This document shows positions 49,901 through 64,000 of a DNA stretch of 64,000 nucleotides, in pieces. The position numbers were made by a program, and so were the translations under genes. The notes below the pieces were generated by a model. It saw nothing but the letters and a program-made list of their open reading frames with translations, did not search any database and was not told the origin of the DNA. Each line of letters opens with the position of its first letter. Position 1 is the first letter of the stretch. The stretch spans positions 88,350,001 through 88,414,000 of the forward strand of contig NC_079169.1 in assembly GCF_947568905.1 (NCBI RefSeq), in the 5' to 3' direction. The DNA is from Ostrea edulis (taxonomy: Eukaryota).

Positions 49901-52900
49901 CAGACAATAGATAGATACCTGTAGAAGTTTGTACAGACAATAGATAGATACCTGTAGAAGTTTGTACAGACAACTAATAAATACCTGTAGGAGTTTGTAC
50001 AGACAATAGATAGATACCTGTAGAAGTTTGTAAAGACAACTGATAGATACCTGTAGAAGTTTGTACAGACAATAGATAGATACCTGTAGAAGTTTGTACA
50101 GACAACTAATAGATACCTGTAGAAGTTTGTACAGACAATAGATAGATACCTGTAGAAGTTTGTACAGACAACTAATAAATACCTGTAGGAGTTTGTACAG
50201 ACAATAGATAGATACCTGTAGAAGTTTGTAAAGACAACTGATAGATACCTGTAGAAGTTTGTACAGACAATAGATAGATACCTGTAGAAGTTTGTACAGA
50301 CAACTAATAGATACCTGTAGAAGTTTGTACAGACAATAGATAGATACCTGTAGAAGTTTGTACAGACAACTAATAGATACCTGTAGGAGTTTGTACAGAC
50401 AAATAGTAGATACTTGTAGAAGTTTGTACAGACAACTAGAGTTGAATTATACCCCTTCATTAGATTTAATTGGTGTAGCTTGGAGGTCTTTATACACTGT
50501 CACCTGGGACTTGCATGTGTGAACAACCATAGTGACAATGGAATTTATTATTTGATGGCATTTTATTCACGCGAGACTTAGATTTTAATTTGTAGTAAGA
50601 GGAACCAATATTGTTGTAACCAATATTTTAATCAGTTTGAAAGGAAATAAAAGAGAATTAGTCAGGAACTAAAAAAAATTTATTTGGCATTTCATTGTAT
50701 CTGATTTAGTTGTAAACAGGCCACTTCATTTTATAATGTTTATATACACACATATTATATCATTTAGCAAATGACAAAAGGGATGCACGACAAGACTATC
50801 GAGTGGGAGTTTGTTGAGTCAATGGAACAACCTAAAATAGTCAATGCGGCTGCAGGTCACCTGGGGACAAAGGATAACTCCTACGCCCAGTTTACTGTTA
50901 GATTTCACACATTACAGGTAAGTCAAACAGCTAATACAGGTATGTCACGCACCATTTAAGAATTTTTCACTCATATAGGGGTGATACCTGCTTTCATGAA
51001 GTGCCACAAAAATTTAGATCGATGTATGGTTCTCTGGGCTGTAGCCATGAGGGTCCTTTATCGTGCCAATGTGTACCGTTAAACTGGACCTATGTTTATA
51101 AAGGTCATATACAAAAGACCTCGAGACTTCCCTTCTAATACTGTACAAAGGAACTGTCACTACCTTTATATACAAAAGACCTCGAGACTTCTACTTCTGA
51201 TACTGTACAAAAGAACTGTCACTACCTTTATTAAATGTCTCAGGTTTGATCTGACACTGAGATCGAGAATCAAATCTGGTTCTTGTGATCACAAAGCGAA
51301 TGCCCTAACCACTAGAGAGCACCCCAAACACTAGGGAACGCCTCAAGCACTAGGGAACAGCCCCAAACACTTGGGAACACCTCAAACACTAGAGAGCACC
51401 CCAAACAATAGGGAATGCCCCAAACACTAGGGAACGGCCCCAAACACTAGGGAACACCCCCAAAAAACTAGGAAATACCCCCAAACACTAGGGAACACCC
51501 CAACCATTAGGGAACACCCCCAAAACACTAGGGAATGCCCCAATCACTAGGGAACACTCCAACCACTTAGGAATGTCCCAATTACTAGCAAACACCCCAA
51601 AACACTAGGGAACACACCAACCACTAGGGAACACCCCGACCAATAGGAAACACCCCAACCACTAGAGAACACTCCAATTACTAGGAAACACCCCAAAACA
51701 CAAGGGAACGACCCAAAACACTAGAGAACAGCCCCAAACACTAGGGAACACTCCTAAACACCAGGGAACAGCCCAAAACACTAGGGAATGGCCCCAAACA
51801 CTAGGGAACACTCTTAAACACTAGGGAACGCCCCAACCACTAGGGAACACCCCAAACACTAGGGAACACCCAATACACTAGGGAATGCCCCAACCACTAG
51901 GGAACACCCAACCACTTAGGAATGTCCTAACCACTAGCAAACACCCCAAAACACTAGGGGAACACCCCAAACACTAGGGAATGCCCCAACCACTAGGGAA
52001 CACCCCAACCACTAGGGAACACCCCAAAACACAGGGAATGCCCCAACCACTAGAGAACACCCTAACCACTAGGGAACACCCCCAAAACACTAGGAAACAC
52101 CCCCAAACACTAGGGAACACCCCAAAACACTAGGGAACACCCCATCCACTTAGGAATGTCCCAACCACTTTGGAACACCCCAACTACTAGGGAACACCCC
52201 AAACGCTTTTTTATATATAAATATTTTGTTGTTTAAAACACTCGAAAAATCCTCAAGGTCAGAAAAGACAAAAATGATACCTGCCTTTATATACATGTAC
52301 ATGATATATATATATACATGTAGCATCAAGTTTATTCAAATCATGGCACCTGGTACAAAGCTTGTACAACAATAGGGGTCCCAAGTTTTATGTTGGAAGA
52401 TAGGATGATAATAATAATAAAATTTATATAGTGCCTTATTTTTAAATACAAATTACTCTGAGGTGCTTTACAAGGGTAGAGATGAAGAATGCAACAATAA
52501 AACACAATTAAATGACAGTCTTACATTTGTAAAATTATCAAACTAAAACACTCTAATGAAAATCAATAACTAAAATTTTTTTTATATATAAAAATAACTT
52601 TAAAAGAATGTTATTTTCAAGAACAAAATCCAGCATTACATACAACTGTAGGTACATCATCATCAGATACCCACAGCTGATTTCGTCTTCTAATCAGACG
52701 AGATTAGTCATGGGTATCGGACAATGTATATACATGTACCGCACAAGTATCCTCGTATAGTGTACCAAGCTCCAGTCAGCTCAGTATATTCCGTTACGCT
52801 ACAACTCCAATACTCGTAGGAAAAAGTCAAACTTGTTATTGCGGGATTCCAGTATAATTCGTTGTATCAACAATTGAGTTTTTAAGAGTCAAGAATGATG

Positions 52901-53739
52901 ATCTAAATTATCTGTTAACAATATTCGATCTTTTATGAAATGTATTTCAGCTGGTATACTTGTGAATATTTCAATATTAAATCGGGTTCGTAATTCAATT
53001 TTACCGATAAACGATAGATTAGTTGAATTGAAAGAATTAGTTACCTGTATGTAAATAATTTTTAACTAGATAAAAATATGGAAATACTTGTACATTATAC
53101 ATAATTTTAAAATACTTAAACAATACGATATGTCTAGATATTTATGAACAATAATCATTTGTGTGGTAGTCCATGATAATCGTCGGAGTTGTTTAAAAAA
53201 CACTACATTACGCCGCCCAGAAAAATACCAATCTTAGGACACACCTATAAGTCGGACATAGAGTTTTGGACCAAAAATTGACTCCCAAAAATCCGACTTA
53301 TAGGCAAGTATATAAGAGTTGTGGCCCATGAAAATCTGGAGTATAGACCTTCATGATTTCATATCTAATCATATTCTGCTCTAATTTTCAGAAATTAGCC
53401 ATTTATAATCGTTTTGGAAAGCTGATTTACGGGGACAGGGATCGTCCTCGCTATGTGCTGGAATATGTATTATTTGAAAAACACGTCTCCGACACGGAAG
53501 GAAAATGGAGGATAGCTGGCAAAATCACACCAGAATGGAAGAAAAAGGGCTTCTCCTTCCTTCACACCTGGAAAGAGGAAGCACCGAAGAAGGAAGTTGT
53601 AGGGTTTGAGGACTTAGAACCGTTTAGAGTTCATCGATACAATCCCGAGTATCCTGATGAAATGACTTCCGATGAAATGACCAATCATTCTGATGACAAG
53701 ACTGATGATCAAATCGACAGTGTGACAAATAAGAATTGA
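46951..53739 (+). CDS. MRPL45: Mitochondrial ribosomal protein L45 (mL45, Tim44-like domain); first exon lies upstream
   Basis: Exons 46951-47139, 47366-47450, 47666-47730 (GRVMNSYIPMEKDARKELTSKE), 48572-48723 (IRFVKKYDTAFNQREFLAHAHHIYITAHNCIKR), 49056-49110, 50768-50917 (KTIEWEFVESMEQP...YAQFTVRFHTLQ), 53392-53739 (KLAIYNRFGKLIYG...VLEYVLFEKHVSDTEGKWRIAGKI). GT-AG and in phase. The strong acceptor before 46951 implies an upstream exon. Confidence 0.9.
49745..50440. repeat. 33-bp minisatellite (~21 copies) with ~6-unit higher-order pattern, in an MRPL45 intron
   Basis: Unit gatacctgtagaagtttgtacagacaatagata; produces the spurious ORF 49720-50460. Confidence 0.95.
51307..52203. repeat. ~20-bp minisatellite (cactagggaacaccccaaa(a)), ~45 copies, abutting a SINE head
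   Basis: Direct inspection; begins at aaccactagagagc, right at the reverse-strand tRNA-like head of a SINE-like element (~51000-51320). Confidence 0.9.
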
Positions 53740-55484
53740 GGATGGGAAGGATTTTGAAATAAATTATTTTATATGTAAATGCTTGTAATTTGTAATGGAG
53801 GGTACTTCCGATTACTAGTACTGATATGAAGCTGACCCGAGTGTTAATTTACATCGTACAGGGCTGTTTTTATAAGCTACTGTCCAAGAGAGGTCTTCAA
53901 AACAAGTCACTCATTATTCAGGTTGTACTCAAACTTCCAAAAACACTCGTTAATGTGTCATCACCACTGCATTGCAAAATTAAAACAAGAGGTTCATGGG
54001 CCACATTGCTCACCTGAATCACCTTGGCCCTTCCATTGTTCAGCTGTTGTGATTTTTAATATTTTTTATCGATCTTTATTCCCATGAAATATGTTGATCC
54101 CCCATATTGTGGCCCCTACCTAGCCCCAAAGGATCACATCATAACTGAAAATTAATTCACATAATATAGAATTGCCTCAACACCAATATGACTAACATGA
54201 TCTTGCTGTTCTGGAGAGAAATTTTTCGATTGATTGTTTAAATATGCCCTCATCAGATATCTATTATCTAGTCTTATGGACCCTGTAAAAAGAATGCCAT
54301 CCAAGCAAATGCTTATCAAGGTCAACAAGAGTACCACAAACAGTACAACAAGCCCGTTGGACCTAAGTGCAATATCTGTATCCATGATGAGAAAAAGTCC
54401 AAAAAATTATTTGACCTACTTATCATTTGACCTGAAGTAGGTCGTGGTGCACCAATCAAGTTGAAATGTGGACCAATTATGTATTTCTCTGAGAGGGAAG
54501 TTGTGACAAAATTTTAGGGAAATACCGGTATGCATAATGAAAAAAAAAACCCAGTCTGGAATACTGTTTTGCCTACTTTACCCCTAAAGTAGGTCATGGT
54601 ACACCAATTCCGCTGAATGTAAACTGAACTTGTATTGCTTGTGACTAAATTTCATATCTGTATCCATAAATATAAAAATGTTTCTATACTGCGATACTTG
54701 ACCTTGAGAAACAATAGACATCTCTTGGCATAAGCAGTATGAGTAACACGTTTGACGCTCCTATTCCCAATGGTTCGGTCTGTATCCTGCCTATAAAGTG
54801 ATACCTCAACCTTGGAAGAACAATAGGGGTCCTCCACTTGGCATGGGGAGTACGTGTACCAAATCTGAGGGTTCTAACCCCAATAGTTTGGTCTGTATTC
54901 TGCCCTCTAATGGATACTACGACTTTGACCTTTAAAAACAATAGGCATCTTCCTCTCATCAAGTTGTAAGATCTGGAGCTTATATGGTTCGGTCTGTATC
55001 CTGCCTACAATGCTTTCCTACTAAGTGATACTGCGACTTTGACCTTGAAAATAATAGGCATCTTCCTCTCATCAAGGCGATCAAATATATCAAGTTGTAA
55101 GATCCTGGGCACCTATTCACAAAATATCTTACGACTAAGATCAAATTTTACAAACACGGTAATTTCCTTATTTTTCATTGCTTGTAGCCTTTTTTAATTA
55201 ATATGTAAAGTACATCCATGGTTTATAAAAGTTGAATGCATACTTGTGACCTTGGGATCGGTATTTGATTATCAGACAGAATTATGTTTTTCATCTTAGT
55301 CGTAAGATATTTTGTGAATGTGGGCCCTGGACCTTATGGTTCATTTTACATACAAGGTCCAAACAGATGGACGATGCCATACCATAATATGTCTCGTCTT
55401 TGACGGCCGTTTAGAAAGGTCACAGTATAGCCAATATAAAGATTACCATTCTAAATCTCAATCTCTTCCAATAGATTGAATAAT

Positions 55485-56060
55485 TATACCCCCACAACAA
55501 GTTGTGGGGGGGTATACTGGAATCGGGTTGTCCGTCTGTCTGTCCGTCCGTCTGTAGACGCAATGGTTTCTGGGCTCTAAAGCATTATCCTTTCCACCTA
55601 CTGTCACCATATCATGTATATGGACTACCCATGGGATTAAGATGTTCCCTATTGATTTTGAGGTCAAAGGTCAAGCGCACTGGACATAGAAGTAGCAATA
55701 TGGTTTCCGGGCTCTAAAGCGTTATCCTTTCCACCTACAGTCACCATATCATACATATGGACTACCCATGGGATGAAGATGTTCCCTATCGATTTTGGGG
55801 TCAAAAGGTCAAGCGCACTGGACATCGAAGTAACAATATGGTTTCCATTTAAATTCTTTAACGGTTTTTTCATCGTATGGAGATGCTGTGTTCTTAGATA
55901 ATCCATTTCACCCTACAAACGAGAATACCCAAGGTTAGTCAAGCCATTTGTTTTTTACACTCAGAAAAGAGATAGTTTATACACATTACCAACAACCTTT
56001 GGGAGATTGGGGTATGCGGGGGGTATTCTTCGTGAGCATTGCTCACAGTACCTCTTGTTG
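55485..56060 (+). mobile_element. HINE-type element (same family as 41497-42541) with ~2 monomers
   Basis: Near-identical termini and 145-bp monomer. Confidence 0.75.
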
Positions 56061-59000
56061 ACGTCTTACATGATAGTAACAATGTTGTGAATAGTTGGGG
56101 TTTTTTTCTTTACATTTTGGCCTTTTATAAAAATGGTAATGCCAGCCAATATATAAATAAAGAGGCCCATGGGCCACATCACTCACCGGAGTCACCTTGG
56201 CTCATATCTGAAGATTTTCCCTATATATTCGCATGTAAAACTTTGATCCCTGTTGTGGCCCCAACCTAATACCGGGGACCATGATTTTTACAAACTTGAA
56301 TCTGCACTATGTCAGGAAGCTTTCATGTAAACATCAACTTTTCTGGCCCAGTGCATACTATTTCCAGTTAAGCAATTTACTGATATTGCTTAAACACTTC
56401 AAGTATGGTTTGCAAAGGAAATGTGCGTAATTAACAGAACGCAGAAATATCCATGTTTAGAGCAAAGTTTTCAGATCACTATAGTAGAGACTGTTTGTAG
56501 ATTTAAAATTCATTCTAAACTGTGAATGTAGAAATTTACATGAGGGGTTAGTAAATTACACCCCCCCCCCCCCTACTATTCCCATAGTTAAGCAATTTAT
56601 CAATGCAAGATACTGACATCGTGCAAAGGAAACACGTGTAGTTTAATAACAACACACAGAAATACCCACATTTCCAGACTTTTCAAGATTTGATGACCCC
56701 CGATTTCACGGTAATTAACACACAGAAATACCCACATTTATAGACTTCTAGATTTGATGACCCAAGATTTCATTGTAATTAACACACAGAAATATCCACA
56801 TTTACAGACTTTTCAAGATTCTCAAAGGCTAGTGTAGGAAAATTATTCACAAAACAATGGTAAAACTTCTTTATTGATCATTCACATTTCTGTCCATTTT
56901 CATAGTCTATCATAATCAGTAAACAATGCACCTGGAACATTCACCAAATATCAAAAGCATCTGTGAAATTATTATCAAATACAGCAAGATATCAATTTTA
57001 AAATCCAGTTTTCAACAACATCTACATATAAAAATGTAAGCCTTGACACACTGGAAAATGCAACTGCCTAGTAAAACACAGATCACAGACTTCATATTGT
57101 CGCTTGGATAAAAAAAAATACAGCAACAGCATTAATTAGCAAATTACAAATTTTTGCCAGATATTTAAAAAAAAACAAAGTACAGAACAATTCACTAGTT
57201 TTAAAATTTGGCCATTTAATTTGAGACTTTACGAACTTGTTGATATCACACTGAATTTGACTAGTAAAACAAAACATGAAATGCCTATGGGCCACAACAC
57301 TCACCCGAGCAATTAACATTCAGCATTTTGTGAGCATTAACGTTTTGTTAAATAATATGTAGCCATTATGAATTCATATGCCAATTAAAAAGCACGGCAA
57401 TCGTGTACTATAATCAACTCAAAAAGTTAGCATTTCACCCGAACCACTAGTTTGTCCCATCCAAACGGAATCGTGCCCAAAATATCAAAAATTTCGATTA
57501 CTCAGTCTTTCATGATTAGCCATTAATAAAACTAAGGTGCTGTTGCTGAAGACATTGCAAGCAATCTTTCTAAAAGGATTTGAATAATTTACAGATGTGT
57601 TGAATAGACATGCGACAAATATTGACCAGAAATACGCCCTGGAGCCTTTGGCTCGTGTGAACTAGATACTAAAAGACAAGAGGTAACGTGGTTTTCTGGT
57701 ACTTGTAGCTCATTGTGCAACTGAAAATGTACTCACTTTTGTTTAATTATACACCACAATGTAAAACATCAATTCAAACTTTTGATACTCATCAAAACTT
57801 TGTAACTTCATAACTTTCAAAAATGGACATTTGAGGAAGAAAATTTTCAAATGAACAGAAAATTCATAAAAAGATTTCGCATGTGCTGAAAAATTTTGAT
57901 GGATCCCACGTGACTATACATTGAAAATGGATGAATCTAATCATCTCCCTTCCGAATTATTTTTCAGCGTAACTTTTCAATATTGATGCTAACCCTATTA
58001 GTATACTTAATCAAACATTCTTCCTGACTAAAATCAATTGAATGACCACAGTAGAATGAATGAAATATTTCTAGAAATTCAAAATATGTAAGCATACATG
58101 TATGTAACATACAGTGTATTTATTTAAACTTGTACAAAAATAAGTTCGATAATTTACTGAAATAAACAAATTAGTTTCCGCATTTATGGCTCTGTTGATT
58201 GCCAGTGTGCTGATGATAAAAATATATTTTTTCAATAATCAAAATAAATCGCACTGCACAAAAACAAACTGTGGAGACAAGGAACGCTTCATAATAAACA
58301 GACAAATGTACATTTACACCATTTACCCTAAATAGAAATCTTCAGTATTCGAACATTTTCTTGCAAACAATCATTAATTCTTACAACCAGTAACCCAATT
58401 CTTAGAAGGTACACTTCTCTCGGTAACCATAACAAAATTTTGCAGTATTTCGCATCAGTCACATCACACAAAGATCAAATCATTTATACACATCTTGCAT
58501 GTTATTACAGTTGGAACAAAATTGCTTTAAAAAACAAATGCGTGTTCGTATGTACAAAGCAAATATAAAAATTTGGAAATAATGTTTTTCAATACATATA
58601 TACACATGTACCTGGATACTCACAGAAGAAATACTTTGTATATCCTCTCAGAGATACTAATTCGCAGCGACGGAAAAACATTGAACCACAAGAATAACAG
58701 CTGAGCTGTAAATTCCCAATTTTCAGTACCTTGGAATCGAGACATTTCAAAATACAGATTGTTACATGCACATCGTATATACTTCTGTACAGCCTTTCAA
58801 TGTTTTCACGTTTTGTGCGCTATCTCAACTTCCTTCCATTTCATCTGAAGCTTCTCCATAAAAAAAAAATTATGCTCTGTACAAATGTTTCTGAATTCAA
58901 GCAAAACTTTTGAGCTGGGTCACTTAACTTTACACAGATACAGCTCACAACACACCTTAAGCCCAAATATGAGCTTCTACCATTTGGTCATTACAAAATT

Positions 59001-59977
59001 ATAACCTGGACAAAGATTTCTAACTTTTTAATTAATGTCCTGAGGTCCACAAGAATATTTCTAATTAAATAATTTACTTTTACTATTGCAGCCATAGAGC
59101 CTTCACCCACCCTAGCACCAAAACCCCCTGACCCAGGAGCCATCAATTTCATCGTTTTGGCAGAGGCCTCCTTGCTCCTCCTGGTTATATACAGTGTTTG
59201 TCTGCTAGATGTCTTGAGTAAAGATGATTTTTTAAATTCTGTACCCTCTTTAAAGGTTTTGCCTTGCACCCCATGCAGAGGGACAGTGACCAATAATATC
59301 AAGTTCTGTTCCTCATTATCCCAAGTGTGCTTTATACCAAACTTGGTAAAAACGAAGAAAGAAAAATAATCAATATCTGGGCCATTAGTATTTCATCAGA
59401 AATAAGAAAATGTTCAAACACACGATAGATACAATACATATAAACAGACAAAATATAGCAGTGTGAAACACGCCATAATGCTGAACCCAGTTTGAACTTT
59501 GACATGACCTTGATTTTAGTGTGCTATACAGCTTTTACCTTGACCTTGCAATTCATTGAGCAAATCTACCAACTTGTGAAGTTCAGAAGTTTACATGAAT
59601 GGCCAATGTTGCAGACAGACAACCCCAGTATAACATGCCATTGATCTCTGGGGCATAAATATGCCAAGAAAAAAACTGCATATACTTTATCATCTCACTA
59701 AAAACCTGAAATAGATTTCTTACATAGAAACTTGAGAAATAATAAGCAATAGTGACTCTAACCAACATAACTGCAACCTTTTCATTAGTAAAATCAAAAT
59801 ATTGTCAAACATTTCCCACTAATAAGCTTTACCTGTGAATGATATGTACACTCTGGCAGACTTTTATTTTCAATACAGTTTGAGTATTTATCACAATGTG
59901 TCCTTTCAAATCAAATGGCAGTTTACTCAATCGGAAGCAGTATTACTAAAATAAAAATATTTGACAAGTTACATATA

Positions 59978-60377
59978 CAGTAAACCACACTTATAACGAA
60001 TTCACGCTTATCTATTTCCCTGTGAGAGGAAAATAATTGTTGATTGTAGAGGAAAACAAATTGTATTTTAAACAAAGTATGGTTATAATGAACTGTTTTC
60101 ATTGGCCCTGTGGGTTCATTATTTTTCACTGGCCCTGGAGGTTTGCTATCACTGTCTTTTACTGTATAATAAAAATTTGGTTATAATGAGCTACTTTTCG
60201 CTGGCCCTGGGGGTTCACTTTAGCTGCGTTTTACTGTATAATGTAGTTTGTTATAATGAACTGTTTTCCGCTGGCCCTGAAGGTTCATTATAACCGTGTT
60301 TTACTGTATAATGAAGTTTGGTCATAATGAACTGTTTTCCGCTGGCCCTGAAGGTTCACTATAACCATGTTTTACTG
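59978..60377. mobile_element. Tc1/mariner (pogo-like) MITE with its right end tandemly repeated ~4 times (~71 bp)
   Basis: TA|cagtaaaccacac start; ...gttttactg|TA ends at 60164, 60236, 60306, 60377. Confidence 0.6.
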
Positions 60378-60841
60378 TATATTTACAAGACATCATTTTC
60401 AGTGAGACAATCTCTATTCTCTTTACTCCTCCAGCATCTTATACATTGTATTGGACCAAAACTCATACACTTTGAAAAGCAAATTCAACAGTGTATAAAG
60501 AATCGTTTACAATCAAAACTGCAATGAACCGTTTCATCCCAAAATGCTTGCACACCGATCGCACTACACCGGAGCCTACAACAGTGGTTTACAGCATGTG
60601 CAATCAAGTTCAACAAATATAGCCAAATTACCCTTACCAATATCTTTTGATATGTGATAAACATTTTCATTAACATCTGAGTAACTTATTCAACAAAGAA
60701 TCTATAAATAGTAACAATGTGATACAGCAGACCAGTCAGTCTCTCTGCAAATAACAACAGGGGTATCTTCAAGGAATGGTTTCAATACCTATCCTAAAAT
60801 CACTAAAGTCTTCACAAACTACATCCTAAAATTCATACAAA

Positions 60842-63739
<2,898 letters not shown>

Positions 63740-64000
63740 CTACAGTACAACATGAAGCAGCCATTTTAATATATAACACATTTTACACATCATTTTCTAA
63801 ATATAATGCATTTAACAAATTTTTGTGAATAATTTGTAGAATCAACATTTTCTGTCTATATTTTCAAACATGTACCCTGTTGATCATTGTGTAAATTCGA
63901 TGCATATCAGGACACCGTATATCTCTTCACTTTTCTGAATTATAGACCTTGCAGGTCTTTTGGATTCACCAACGAATTCAGAATGTACATTGATTATTGT

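Noticed and set aside
49720-50460. 246-aa ORF
   Set aside because: Entirely a 33-bp tandem repeat antisense within an MRPL45 intron.

Overview
AT-rich, intron-rich animal DNA, most likely a bivalve (oyster-like; inferred from Helentron/HINE-type elements carrying a ~170-bp Cg170-like satellite). It is not prokaryotic and has no CRISPR array. Four conserved housekeeping genes were reconstructed by hand from GT-AG splice sites and reading-frame continuity: HIKESHI (-, 4 coding exons, 195 aa), YIPF3 (+, 11 coding exons, 343 aa, head-to-head with HIKESHI), MRPL45 (+, at least 7 coding exons, first exon uncertain) and the 3' end of SLC25A12/13 aralar/citrin (-, last 4 exons). The rest is L2 and RTE LINE fragments, Penelope-like fragments, tRNA-SINEs, a deleted hAT, MULE-type and Helentron-type non-autonomous elements, and many minisatellites. 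Two observations stand out. (1) In all four genes there are tandem repeats or duplications whose unit is a copy of the gene's own exon-intron junction, giving about 2-32 extra splice donors or acceptors next to the real one. (2) An 8.2-kb MULE-type element (9-bp TSD) carries an RTE insertion in its right TIR, accompanied by a perfect 90-bp inverted copy of host sequence from 7 kb away.
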